A stretch of 64,000 nt of DNA. Source: a virus (taxonomy: Duplodnaviria; Heunggongvirae; Uroviricota; Caudoviricetes). The stretch lies in IMG/VR virus record IMGVR_UViG_3300015610_000614, positions 35,694-99,693 of that record, one strand, 5' to 3'. The notes below the pieces were generated by a model. The model searched no databases and was not told where the DNA came from. It saw only the letters and a program-made list of their open reading frames with translations. Of the stretch, positions 30,370 to 39,622 are shown piece after piece (position 1 is the first letter of the stretch; the number at the start of each line of letters is the position of its first letter). The position numbers were made by a program, and so were the translations under genes.

Positions 30370-30791
30370 TGGCTATAACAGTAGACTGGGTTAATAAAAT
30401 AATCCTGTCTACTGCTAGTATTACGGACCTCAAGGCGTTTCACCTTGAACTTAGAGATCTAGAGGATTCTGAGGCGGGTATGATCTGTGATCCAATTCAT
30501 ACTTGGGCAGCTCTAGATCTTGGAGGTGGTGCGTACTTCTACGCAGTAGATTTTGTTAACGGGTATCAGTTAAAATTTCCAAACCCAGGTAACTATATAA
30601 TATCCGGTAACTTAAATGCAACCATAGTTCCAGTAGCTAACGTATATGTAGAACGCCGTACTAGTGCGGCGTATATTACGACTTCTGTTGGTTCTAGTGG
30701 TAGCACTCCAGAACAAGTGGCAGATGCTGTATGGAGCCATTCGTTCACTTCAAAGCTATTAACAGTAGCTAAATTCTTAGGTTTGAAATAA
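30369..30791 (+). CDS. Hypothetical tail-associated protein
   Basis: 140 aa coupled ORF. Confidence 0.3.
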   Translation: MAITVDWVNKIILSTASITDLKAFHLELRDLEDSEAGMICDPIHTWAALDLGGGAYFYAVDFVNGYQLKFPNPGNYIISGNLNATIVPVANVYVERRTSAAYITTSVGSSGSTPEQVADAVWSHSFTSKLLTVAKFLGLK

Positions 30792-31132
30792 TGGTATTTA
30801 TACTAAAATACTGGAAAGACCTTATAGTAATACTTGCTCTAAGTATAAGTGGTTATCTAGCCTACGATAAGGTTTATACTAAAGGGGTATCTGATACTGT
30901 AGCTGCTCATCAAAAGTACTTAGATGAAAAGATAGGTAAATTAGAGCAGCTCAGTACAGATATTGCTAAACAAAACGAAACTAGTAATCAACAAGTTCGT
31001 GACGATTTAGCAGTTATACTATCAAATTCTTCCAAGAAGCCGACTGTAATTTATAAAGAGGGTAAGTGTATCCCATCAGATAATTTTTTGGATAGTTACA
31101 ACTCCCTTATTGATAGAGCCAATTCTAAATGA
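30791..31132 (+). CDS. i-spanin (Rz-like)
   Basis: N-terminal transmembrane segment (LIVILALSISGYLAY) followed by a periplasmic coiled coil. Confidence 0.55.
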   Translation: MVFILKYWKDLIVILALSISGYLAYDKVYTKGVSDTVAAHQKYLDEKIGKLEQLSTDIAKQNETSNQQVRDDLAVILSNSSKKPTVIYKEGKCIPSDNFLDSYNSLIDRANSK

Positions 31133-31440
31133 AAAAAGCACTATTTTGTATAGTTTTATGTGTTCCACTCTTAACCGGATGCGCACTTTTTGACTTTTTC
31201 AAAAAACGAGAAGAGCCAGTTATTCCCCGTGATAGAGTGGTTCACGTAGACCCTAAGCTGCTTGAGCCTTGCAAACCGCTCGTGAAGCTTGAAAAGGTAG
31301 ACCCTAAATCTGTGGATTTTGGCAATCAAGTATTAACAAACTTAGCTACTAATGCTGCAATATACTCTGAGTGTGCTAAAAAGCAAGACGGGGCTATTAC
31401 TCTTATAAAAGAGTTTGCAAATAGCAAGGAGAATAAATGA
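31129..31440 (+). CDS. o-spanin (Rz1-like lipoprotein)
   Basis: Signal peptide with lipobox LLTGC, Pro-rich, separate non-embedded gene. Confidence 0.6.
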   Translation: MKKALFCIVLCVPLLTGCALFDFFKKREEPVIPRDRVVHVDPKLLEPCKPLVKLEKVDPKSVDFGNQVLTNLATNAAIYSECAKKQDGAITLIKEFANSKENK

Positions 31441-31853
31441 AACAGTTTATTCCTAGAAAACGTACTCGTTGGTTAATTGGTGGTAGCGTAGTAGTTCTAC
31501 TATATTCTTTCTTAACTGATCCCAATGGTGGTACGTTAACAGCTGCAATGGTTGGCCAATTAGCTACTCCTATTTTAGCTGTCTGGTTTGGATACATTGC
31601 CTTGAAGGCACTATTTGACTATATGGATGGAGAAGAGTTTGTGAAGCAAGCTTACCATTCCCCTATTGGCGCAGGTATTGTTTTTCTTGGTCGTTGCATT
31701 GTATTTGCTGCATTAATTGGTCTATTCGGAAATCAATTAGTACATGCAGATCCATACATTCCACCACAAGCATATATACATGCACCAGCGCTGCAGGCCG
31801 AACAAGAAAGGCTATGGGCCGACCACCCAAAAGAGTTTTACTTGCAGGACTAA
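31437..31853 (+). CDS. Putative holin (three-TM membrane protein)
   Basis: Three hydrophobic helices, positioned between the spanins and the endolysin. Confidence 0.45.
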   Translation: MKQFIPRKRTRWLIGGSVVVLLYSFLTDPNGGTLTAAMVGQLATPILAVWFGYIALKALFDYMDGEEFVKQAYHSPIGAGIVFLGRCIVFAALIGLFGNQLVHADPYIPPQAYIHAPALQAEQERLWADHPKEFYLQD

Positions 31854-32389
31854 TAGAGCAGGAGTCCTGCATTTCACTAACGCATTCGCGTTGTTGGAAT
31901 CCTAAAAGCAGCCTTAAAACTCCTAGAGAAGAAGGGGCAGGAATGCCTCAAATTACTAGAGCCTACAAGGCTGACGGCTCTTTACGTTTTGATGCATTAT
32001 ACGAAATACGTAGAAAGTACCCCAAGGAATTGGGCGAACTTAGTTGGAGTAACGTCTATGACAGGCCCGACTTACAACTACGTTTAGTAGTTTTAAAAAT
32101 GCGTGATAACTACCAAGAATTCCAACCATACGCTAGCACAGATTTGGATGCTTATGCATTTGCAGATGCTGCGTATAATGGTGGTAGTAGAGACGTAAAC
32201 ACTGAAAGACGCGCCTGTAAAATGTCTCCAGGGTGCGACCCTAATAAATGGTTTGGGCATGTAGAGAAATTTTGTATTAAAAGCAAAGGCCCTCTATATG
32301 GAACTAGGTCAGCGTGCCAAATTAATAGAGAGCACGTAACGAACGTTATGAAGATTCGTTCGGATAAATATCATAAGATTTTCCAATAA
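31814..32389 (+). CDS. Endolysin, lytic transglycosylase (SLT-like)
   Basis: LIEQESC...NPKSS...GAGMPQI resembles the SLT motif EQES..NP.A.S..GA.GLMQ. The ORF opens at 31694 but that N-terminus is Cys-rich junk overlapping the holin; the ATG at 31814 has RBS aaagg. An alternative start is at 31943. Confidence 0.45.
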   Translation: MGRPPKRVLLAGLIEQESCISLTHSRCWNPKSSLKTPREEGAGMPQITRAYKADGSLRFDALYEIRRKYPKELGELSWSNVYDRPDLQLRLVVLKMRDNYQEFQPYASTDLDAYAFADAAYNGGSRDVNTERRACKMSPGCDPNKWFGHVEKFCIKSKGPLYGTRSACQINREHVTNVMKIRSDKYHKIFQ

Positions 32390-32397
32390 GGAACTTT

Positions 32398-33090
32398 ATG
32401 GGAACAAACACCGGGAAAAAAGCTAGAAAAGCTGCCGCTACTGCTCCTGCCCAAGAGTACCAAGTAGCTAAGTTTAAGGAAATTCATCCTCTAAACTATA
32501 TTCAAGAAACGTATATGGATGCCATCGAAGATAATAGTATTATCTTTGGTATTGGTAGTGCAGGTACTGGTAAGACCTTTATCTCTGCTACCTATGCAGC
32601 CCAGGAACTTTACTATAAACGAACCCGAAAGGTTATAGTAACAAGACCTAATGTAGAATCTGCTAGATCACTCGGTCACCTACCTGGTGAGCTGGAAGAG
32701 AAATACGCTCCATATCTAGAGCCTTTCGAGGCTGTATTCAGAAAATCTCTCGGTGTTGGATTTTATGAATACTGTTTAAAAGAAAAAATGATCGAACCTA
32801 AACCGCTAGGATTTATGCGAGGTGTTACGTTTGAGGATTGCGTCGTATTAGTAGACGAAGCTCAAAACATTACTAAATCCGAATTTAAGATGCTACTAAG
32901 CCGAATTGGTAGAAACTGCAAGGTAATCCTATCTGGAGATCCTAAGCAAGTAGATATTAAAGATTCCGGCCTTGATGATGCAGTCAGACGCCTTGAGCAT
33001 ATTGACGATGTAGAAGTAGTACGCTTCTTAGATTCAGATATTGTACGTAGCAAACTTTGTAAGGAAATCATCCTAGCATACAATGATTAA
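32398..33090 (+). CDS. phoH: PhoH-like ATPase
   Basis: Walker A GSAGTGKTF, Walker B VLVDEAQN. Confidence 0.8.
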   Translation: MGTNTGKKARKAAATAPAQEYQVAKFKEIHPLNYIQETYMDAIEDNSIIFGIGSAGTGKTFISATYAAQELYYKRTRKVIVTRPNVESARSLGHLPGELEEKYAPYLEPFEAVFRKSLGVGFYEYCLKEKMIEPKPLGFMRGVTFEDCVVLVDEAQNITKSEFKMLLSRIGRNCKVILSGDPKQVDIKDSGLDDAVRRLEHIDDVEVVRFLDSDIVRSKLCKEIILAYND

Positions 33091-33098
33091 GGAGTTGT

Positions 33099-33404
33099 AT
33101 GTCATTACCAAATTTCTCTCTACAGGAAACAGGAGTTTCTGTTCCAGCAGGCACAGCCAGTGCTGCCACTAGTATTCCGCTATTGGGAGGTCAAGTACCT
33201 GAGGATATTTTAATCTATAACCCAGACCCCAGTAACGTAGCTTACGTACGTACAGGTAAATCTACTGTTACCGCAAATACTAATTGCATGCCTATTTTAC
33301 CAGGTGAAAAAAGTACATGGGGCGTACGAGGAGCTACGCATATAGCTACTATTCGTGCTGCAGGTACTACTGCTCTACTTGTTTTTGCAGGTAGAGGTAA
33401 CTAA
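33099..33404 (+). CDS. Hypothetical small beta-rich protein
   Basis: 101 aa, last + strand gene before the convergent terminator. Confidence 0.3.
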   Translation: MSLPNFSLQETGVSVPAGTASAATSIPLLGGQVPEDILIYNPDPSNVAYVRTGKSTVTANTNCMPILPGEKSTWGVRGATHIATIRAAGTTALLVFAGRGN

Positions 33405-33467
33405 AATGGGTACCAAGCCTGCAAATAGTAAGAACCGTAACGGAAGAGGAAAAGGTTCAAACAAATG

Positions 33468-33506
33468 AAAAAAGCCCGCTGGCGTAATAACCAGCGGGCT
33501 TTTTCT
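33468..33506. terminator. Bidirectional rho-independent terminator between convergent late and early modules
   Basis: aaaagcccgctgg cgtaataa ccagcgggcttttt, with A-run and T-run on both sides. Confidence 0.8.
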
Positions 33507-33518
33507 TTATTCAATAAA

Positions 33519-34079
33519 TCACTTTATAGGACAGGAACCAGTAGCGCAAGCTTCTTGCTCCATTTCATCGAAACCGTTTACGCCGGTTAGATCAACAGGC
33601 TTTAACTTCGATACGTATTCACGGAATACTTCTTCCGTTACAACTTCTTGTGGTAGGTATAGATAACCTAGATCCTTTGCAGTCTTAGAAGGATCTGCAC
33701 GATATAGGAAACTTACGCCAACATAGCAATCCCAGTTTAGTAATAGCCAATCAATAATTGACGGTACTTCTTCCGGGGAGTAGCTAATAGTGATAGAGGT
33801 ATTTTGTTGCGTCCAGTTAGTCTGTAGCAGCTTATAACGTTCTAATTGCTCTAGAGCTGATTCTAGATTAACTTCCTTACCATTTGCATCCTTGTGGAAA
33901 GGAACATCCGACCACTCTACAGGGAATGTAACTAGTACGCCAGTGTTATCTGTAGGATGATTAAATACGTTATAACCAGCTTCACGTAGAATTGGTACTA
34001 CCGGATCGTGGATACTAAATTGTACATTATTGAAAATATACTTACCAAGAGGCTTATGACCACCTTCGGTAGTATCCAT
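33519..34079 (-). CDS. Ribonucleotide reductase large subunit, C-terminal exon
   Basis: Ends MEQEACATGSCPIK, like the class I NrdA tail CESGACKI. The frame stays open upstream of the ATG to 34193, so exon 2 may begin anywhere between 34080 and 34193. Confidence 0.5.
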   Translation of the reverse strand: MDTTEGGHKPLGKYIFNNVQFSIHDPVVPILREAGYNVFNHPTDNTGVLVTFPVEWSDVPFHKDANGKEVNLESALEQLERYKLLQTNWTQQNTSITISYSPEEVPSIIDWLLLNWDCYVGVSFLYRADPSKTAKDLGYLYLPQEVVTEEVFREYVSKLKPVDLTGVNGFDEMEQEACATGSCPIK

Positions 34080-34099
34080 AATTTTGGAAAGAGTTCCAG

Positions 34100-34432
34100 A
34101 GGGTTTGCATTTATGTTCAATATTACTCGTTAGGTAATACCCGTTTAATAAGTCTATAGTAGTGTGTTTTACTAATGCCGTATTTATCTTTCGCTAATTT
34201 AAATGAACCAGCAGAAAATACATATTATTTTACTTATTAAACAGCTCTATATTACTATAGAGATCGGACTATATCATCACACTATTAAGTGTGTTCTGCG
34301 CTTCCATACACTTGTATGTACTCTATAATAGATAGTCTCTGAACCTTCCGCATATGCGGCTTGGCTGCTGATTGTCCTTAACTTAATAGTAGGAGGTTCC
34401 AGCAATTCACAGAATTTTATTTGCGCCAATTA
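34100..34432 (-). ncRNA. Group I self-splicing intron interrupting the RNR gene (approximate boundaries)
   Basis: Read on the minus strand it contains the canonical group I core elements in order: P AAUUGCUGGAACC (34395-34407), Q AAUCAGCAGCC (34362-34376), R GUUCAGAGACUAUC (34331-34345), S GAUAUAGUCCGAUC (34259-34275). There is no ORF and the blocks are homologous to the polA intron. Confidence 0.7.
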
Positions 34433-35827
34433 CTTAACGCAAGTCACGTTTTTAGGGTGTGGTAGTCCTAGTTCGTCAGCCATACCAATAGCAGCGCCAG
34501 TAGCAGTACGCTTCATGCGCTCATAGTCATACCCTGTAAGGTCAGGACGCTTAGCTACACCAGTAATACCTACACCGCATAGACGTAGGAAATAGTTATT
34601 AATATGCCACGCTTCTTGTAGGATACCATCCTTAAGATTTACACAAGTTTGACGGTAGTTAGCTCGGGCAGCTAGACGCAGAGCGTCAAATAGCCCGGCC
34701 ATATTACCCTTGAACTTACCTAGATCAACTTCCGTAAGATTACAGAAAGACTTATTACCTAGTAGAATCTCTACGCAAGGATTACACCCCTTGAACCACG
34801 GTGCTCGACGTAGCGCTTCTTCTGCGTTAATAAATCCAGGCTCAGAACCCCCGGCTTCTTCCATTAGCTTGAAAATATCTTCAAGTTCTTTGCGAAGAGG
34901 CTTAGTACGGAAAACTAGACTATTATTAGATTGGGTACGATGAGCATTATTATGCATCCACCAATCCTTTTTAGCTACTGCGAATTCTTGCCATTCAGGC
35001 TCGCCATATTCAAATAGAGCAATTTCTGCACTACGACGGCTCGACAAGATGGTACCTAGCCAGTTAACAATATCTAGAATATCCATGCGAGTTAGTAGAG
35101 AATCAGCCCTACCGTTTAGGATATTTGCAATTGCTACGTATGCAACGCTAATGGCCTCATCACCAGAGCTAATCCAGCCATAGCCCTTTAGACGCTCACC
35201 CGCAGGACGCAGTTGACTGAAGTCCAGTACTAGCTTTTTAGCAGGATACTTACCAGCCATTAGCTTACCGATCGACTTAGCCCACGCTTCAGCAGAATCG
35301 CCTACACTAATAGTCCATACGCCAGTTTCAGGATCGAAGGTCTCTACGTTATTTTCGTTACCGCCCTTTTCAGTACGAGTAGAACGAATTACTTCAATAT
35401 TCTTGATTGATTTAGAGAAACCACTAAGAGTACCTACGATGGGGCGGAAACCTACGCCGCAGCCCTGTAGTAGTAGCCAAAGAATATCTACAATATCGTA
35501 AACAGTTTCGGCATTTGTGAAACTGCAATTAAACTGAGAAGCTTCGCGAGTTTTAGCAACTGAGGTACCGCCAAGCCAAAGAGTGCGACCGCTCATAGAG
35601 ATTTTACGATCTAGCATTAGACGTTCTAGATCGTACAGCTCTGCATATTCAGTGTCTAGTAGTTCGCGACCTACTGCACGCTCCCACAGCCATTGCTGGT
35701 GATTGATAACGCGCTCAACAGTGGCTTCCCATGTTTCAAATACTGTACCCTGATCGTTCAATGGACGATTATAGGTACGACGAGTAATAACTTGTGCACG
35801 AGTAGATGGTTTATATTCGATTGTCAT
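34430..35827 (-). CDS. Ribonucleotide reductase large subunit, N-terminal exon
   Basis: GCNPCVEIL matches the RNR active-site N-x-C-x-E motif (E. coli SNLCLEI); an upstream Cys sits in FNCSFTN. Confidence 0.5.
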   Translation of the reverse strand: MTIEYKPSTRAQVITRRTYNRPLNDQGTVFETWEATVERVINHQQWLWERAVGRELLDTEYAELYDLERLMLDRKISMSGRTLWLGGTSVAKTREASQFNCSFTNAETVYDIVDILWLLLQGCGVGFRPIVGTLSGFSKSIKNIEVIRSTRTEKGGNENNVETFDPETGVWTISVGDSAEAWAKSIGKLMAGKYPAKKLVLDFSQLRPAGERLKGYGWISSGDEAISVAYVAIANILNGRADSLLTRMDILDIVNWLGTILSSRRSAEIALFEYGEPEWQEFAVAKKDWWMHNNAHRTQSNNSLVFRTKPLRKELEDIFKLMEEAGGSEPGFINAEEALRRAPWFKGCNPCVEILLGNKSFCNLTEVDLGKFKGNMAGLFDALRLAARANYRQTCVNLKDGILQEAWHINNYFLRLCGVGITGVAKRPDLTGYDYERMKRTATGAAIGMADELGLPHPKNVTCVK

Positions 35828-35836
35828 TTATTTCCT

Positions 35837-36286
35837 TTAATTAGTTCCAGTACTACCAAACCCACCAGTCGAGCGTACTGAAGATTTTTCCCACATTTCA
35901 TCATCCATAGCCGATACGTCATCTACTTTAGGAAGTGCAATAGGTACTATTAATAACTGGGCAAATCGTTCGCCCATATCAATTACTGCCGGTTCTTTAC
36001 CAAAGTTGTATAGAACCACTTTTAAATTACCACGATAGCCTGAGTCAATTATACCTAGGCTATTGGCTAAAATTAAGTTCTTTTTCTGTAAAGAAGATCT
36101 AGCTGCTAATAGTCCAACATAACCATCTGGAATAGCAACCTGTACTCCGGTATCTAACATAACTTTAGTATCTGGTTCAATTACTACATGTGCGTCTGAT
36201 TTAAGATCCAAACCAGCATCGTTCGGATTCTTTCGCTCCGGTAGTAATGACCAACTACTGGCTCTAGCTTGCAAGTGTGCTAACAT
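35837..36286 (-). CDS. dut: dUTPase
   Basis: AGLDLKS, GIIDSGYRGNL, FAQLLIV, RSTGGFGSTG (dUTPase motifs I-V). Confidence 0.9.
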   Translation of the reverse strand: MLAHLQARASSWSLLPERKNPNDAGLDLKSDAHVVIEPDTKVMLDTGVQVAIPDGYVGLLAARSSLQKKNLILANSLGIIDSGYRGNLKVVLYNFGKEPAVIDMGERFAQLLIVPIALPKVDDVSAMDDEMWEKSSVRSTGGFGSTGTN

Positions 36287-37130
36287 AGCTTGTTACCTTG
36301 TCATCAAAATCAATAATGTTTTCAGCACCGATAGCTTCGTCGCAAAATGCTAATAGATCCATTAGCATGTAATTACGATAGATAGCATCCGATCCGAAAT
36401 TGTTAGTATATTCAATATATTTATATTTGCCTGGAATAGGAATAGCATCGGCTACATCCATTGCAGTGCCAAATTGCTTTAATAGCTTAAGTGCGGTAGC
36501 GGGTCCAACTTTATTGATTCCAGGTACGTTATCTCCAGAATCGCCTTGTAGACATTTAATGCTAATATGCTGCTCTTGACTATAGTCATAAAAATCGTGC
36601 CAATTTTCTAGATTAATGATTTTTTGTGTAACATAAGAAAATCTAGAGATACCATCGTCTAGAATTAATAGGTCCCAATCCTTGTCGGAACTTACTAGCA
36701 TTAATTCTTCAATATTGAACCGCTTTCTAGATTTTACCAACTTAGCAGCTAAATCATCTGCTTCTACGCCGTCATACTGTAATACTAGAAACTCTGGGCA
36801 ACTGTTCTCAATCTCGGCAATAGTACGTCGAAATTCAGCAATAAATTCCAGAAAACGCTTTTCTTCTTCTGGAGTTTGTTGTTCATATTTTTCGGTACGG
36901 TTTGCTTTATACTCAGGATAGATATTCTTACGATATGTAGAACCTCTAGAGTCTACAGTAATAAAAACCATGCCACATTCAAATGAACGTCGCAAGCTTT
37001 TAACTGTAGCAATATAGTCTTCTACGAAATTTTGTTGTTTGCTATGATACCAACGGAAAGCTAAGTTTAGTGCATCCACTACCATTGCTTTTCTTGGTTT
37101 ATAATTAGCTGGTTTAAATGCTTTTGACAT
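36264..37130 (-). CDS. 5'-3' exonuclease / flap endonuclease (T5 D15-like)
   Basis: LQGDSGDNVPGINKVGPATALKLL (H3TH), PGKYKYIEY, and the same N-terminal architecture as T5 D15. Confidence 0.85.
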   Translation of the reverse strand: MSKAFKPANYKPRKAMVVDALNLAFRWYHSKQQNFVEDYIATVKSLRRSFECGMVFITVDSRGSTYRKNIYPEYKANRTEKYEQQTPEEEKRFLEFIAEFRRTIAEIENSCPEFLVLQYDGVEADDLAAKLVKSRKRFNIEELMLVSSDKDWDLLILDDGISRFSYVTQKIINLENWHDFYDYSQEQHISIKCLQGDSGDNVPGINKVGPATALKLLKQFGTAMDVADAIPIPGKYKYIEYTNNFGSDAIYRNYMLMDLLAFCDEAIGAENIIDFDDKVTSYVSTLAS

Positions 37131-37155
37131 ATTATTATCAGTTAGTAAGCTATTT

Positions 37156-37184
37156 ATTATAGCTTAAATATTGAAAGAAATCAA
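37156..37184 (-). promoter_or_regulatory. Sigma70-like promoter for the flap endonuclease operon (TTGATT, 17-bp spacer, TATAAT)
   Basis: Minus-strand -35 at 37179-37184 and -10 at 37156-37161. Confidence 0.55.
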
Positions 37185-37636
37185 GACGTAAATTTTGGTT
37201 TTTCTTTCTGTAGCCATGCTTCTAATTCTGAGATGTAGAAACAATGTTCATCTCTAGATACAAATATATGATCTATATCTGACGAGGGAACGTCTGTGTA
37301 AGCCACAAATTTTTTCGATCTATTATGTTTAAAGATCAATAATGGTTTTCTTCCTACTTGCAAGGCTTGACGAGTTGCCTGAGCCCACCAGCTAAGTAAC
37401 GTCGGATCCTTACTAGTAAGTACTGCAGTAGTAACGTGATCTTCTTCATAATGTTTTACTTCTACACAGAATATATTTTGACGATCTACTAAGTATAGAT
37501 CACCTTTGAGTTTATGTTTTTCGTTAAGAGCACCCGAGCCTGGAACTCTTTCCCATTGTAATCCTGTGTATTTACGAAGTACGTCTCTAACATCTATCTC
37601 TGCTCGGGCACCCTTGGCTCTAGAATCAACTACCAC
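37181..37636 (-). CDS. PD-(D/E)XK nuclease
   Basis: GDLYLVD...CVEVKHYE (D...ExK). GTG start at 37636. Confidence 0.5.
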   Translation of the reverse strand: MVVDSRAKGARAEIDVRDVLRKYTGLQWERVPGSGALNEKHKLKGDLYLVDRQNIFCVEVKHYEEDHVTTAVLTSKDPTLLSWWAQATRQALQVGRKPLLIFKHNRSKKFVAYTDVPSSDIDHIFVSRDEHCFYISELEAWLQKEKPKFTS

Positions 37637-37820
37637 TTCTTAGTTTGGTTAAATCTTCTAGAATAACTAAGGAATTATCCTGATGTACACATATTTGACG
37701 TGCTTCGCCGTCTTTTACAGTTACCACATGCTGCACAGTGCCTTCTGCATTAAGTACTGATACCTTAATTTCTGACTTATAACCAGGATTAAGATGTGTG
37801 ATTAGAACTTGTGTGCTCAT
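37626..37820 (-). CDS. Hypothetical small protein
   Basis: 64 aa ORF between SbcC and the nuclease. Confidence 0.3.
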   Translation of the reverse strand: MSTQVLITHLNPGYKSEIKVSVLNAEGTVQHVVTVKDGEARQICVHQDNSLVILEDLTKLRSGS

Positions 37821-39622
37821 TGTTGCTCCAATTTAGATATGTGATTTTCTTTATTAACCACTAATTTTTGTAATAAAGGATGGCTGAAACCGTGCGATAC
37901 TACAAAAGTATTAAGATACTGCTCTTTCAGTAGGATTTCTACTAATCTATCTTTGCCGCCAACATCTATATGTTCCAGAGTTTCGTCTAGAATTAGTAGG
38001 TTGGTTCTAGTATTAGATAAAGACTGCATCATTGATCTAATACCAAGTAGTGCAGAAATACTTACGCGAGAGCGTTCGCCGTTTGATAGAGAACCAATAC
38101 TGATCTCATCACCATTGTCTGTAATAACTACGGCTAGCTTATCTGCTGCCTGAATCTGGAAAGTTAATTGGAACCTACCATCTGATAGTTCAGTTAAGTA
38201 CTTATTAATCTCAGACTCCAAGTCTTTAACGTCACTTTCAATTCTATAAGCCACTAAACCACTAGGACCGAAAGCCTTAACCAGAATTTGTAAATTGTTG
38301 TTAAGTTTCACTAGATCAGCTAAACCTGCTTGAAGTTTATTTAACTCCTGCTGAGTCTCTTCTAGTTGAGATGCAATCAAGTCAACTTTAGTATTATGAT
38401 TAATTGCCTTATTGTTGTCAGCTGTAGCTGCTGCAATTTGTTTTTGAATCTTATTAATACGATCCTCAACTGCAGCAAGCTCTTTAACCATTTCAGATTT
38501 ATCATGCAGCTCTTGCTCTAATTCAGGATTGTAAAGAGCATGGTACTCTTCATACTTGGCCTTACTAGAATTAGCAGCATCTAGCTCTAATTTGATTTTA
38601 TTAAGCTTAGCAATTTCTTCCTTAAGAATAGCAACGGCTTGTTCGCTAGTAGCTACTAGATCCTTCCGTTCCTGAATTAACGAAGTTACCTGAGTCTTAT
38701 CAATCTCCTGTAAACAAGTCGCACATTTATTACCCAGAGTATTCATCTTAGTAATAAATGCCTTAGCATCAGAAATTGCTTTATTATGCTGAGCAAGTTC
38801 AGTATTTAAATTACTAGTATCAAGACTGCCACTATAGGTAGGAGGATCTACTAATTTTACGCTATCTCGTAAATCCTTATACTTATTGTTGGTAGTAATA
38901 CGTTTATTGTCTTGCTCAACCGTAGCAAGTCGACCACGTAGGGTCGCTGCTAAACCTACTTCAGTATCTGGAGCTGGAGGTACTGGTACAACGTCTAACT
39001 TAGGTAACTTAGCAGTTGCAATATTTTTTGCAATCCAAGATTCTGCTACACTAATCTTACCCTTTAAGCCTGCTAAGTCTTCAGAAACTTCTTTGCTTAC
39101 AGCCTTAAATACTTCTTGAGCCTTATAATACTTATCAAGAGTAAGTAGGCTAATTAAAAATTTCTTGCGTTCCCCATCCGTTGTGGATAGGAATTCTAGG
39201 CTACTTAGGTTTGAAAGGTATACAATCTGGGAAAATATTTCATGCCCAAATCCAAGAATACTTTCTAGCTTTTTAAAGGTAGAAGTAGCAGTATGGTCTG
39301 AAATATCTTCCCCATTTTGCAATAGCGTAACAGTCTGAGTAGATGCACGCTTTGTACTTACTACGTATTCTGAATTATCTTTGTGGAAGCCAATTTCAAT
39401 GTAGTAAAATTTATCCTTACTGCGGCGGTTTAGAATATCAGCTTTTTTAATACCTTTTGAGTTTTTATTAAATAGGCCTTCTTCCATAGTAAGTGCAATA
39501 GAAGATTTACCATTTCCGTTAAGGCCCGTAAGCTGAGTAAGCTGCGCGCTAGTAAAGTAAATTATATTATCTGGTCCCCAACTGAAAGTGTTGGACCATT
39601 TCATATAGTCAAAAATAATCAT
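37817..39622 (-). CDS. sbcC: SbcC/Rad50-like ATPase
   Basis: Walker A GLNGNGKSS, long coiled coil with a CxxC zinc hook (CATC), Walker B LLILDE. Confidence 0.85.
   Translation of the reverse strand: MIIFDYMKWSNTFSWGPDNIIYFTSAQLTQLTGLNGNGKSSIALTMEEGLFNKNSKGIKKADILNRRSKDKFYYIEIGFHKDNSEYVVSTKRASTQTVTLLQNGEDISDHTATSTFKKLESILGFGHEIFSQIVYLSNLSSLEFLSTTDGERKKFLISLLTLDKYYKAQEVFKAVSKEVSEDLAGLKGKISVAESWIAKNIATAKLPKLDVVPVPPAPDTEVGLAATLRGRLATVEQDNKRITTNNKYKDLRDSVKLVDPPTYSGSLDTSNLNTELAQHNKAISDAKAFITKMNTLGNKCATCLQEIDKTQVTSLIQERKDLVATSEQAVAILKEEIAKLNKIKLELDAANSSKAKYEEYHALYNPELEQELHDKSEMVKELAAVEDRINKIQKQIAAATADNNKAINHNTKVDLIASQLEETQQELNKLQAGLADLVKLNNNLQILVKAFGPSGLVAYRIESDVKDLESEINKYLTELSDGRFQLTFQIQAADKLAVVITDNGDEISIGSLSNGERSRVSISALLGIRSMMQSLSNTRTNLLILDETLEHIDVGGKDRLVEILLKEQYLNTFVVSHGFSHPLLQKLVVNKENHISKLEQQ

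Noticed and set aside
31694-31813. Start of the endolysin ORF at 31694
   Set aside because: It would overlap the holin by 160 nt and encode a Cys-rich, non-conserved N-terminus (MHCICCINWS...). The listed start may be a non-ATG codon; 31814 has an RBS.
33405-34430. tRNA genes or a CRISPR array in the larger non-coding gaps (33405-33518, 34080-34430, 48585-48916)
   Set aside because: I found no cloverleaf-compatible acceptor/T-arm pairs and no short direct repeats with spacers. The two large gaps are explained by group I introns. tRNAscan-SE would be needed to fully exclude tRNAs.
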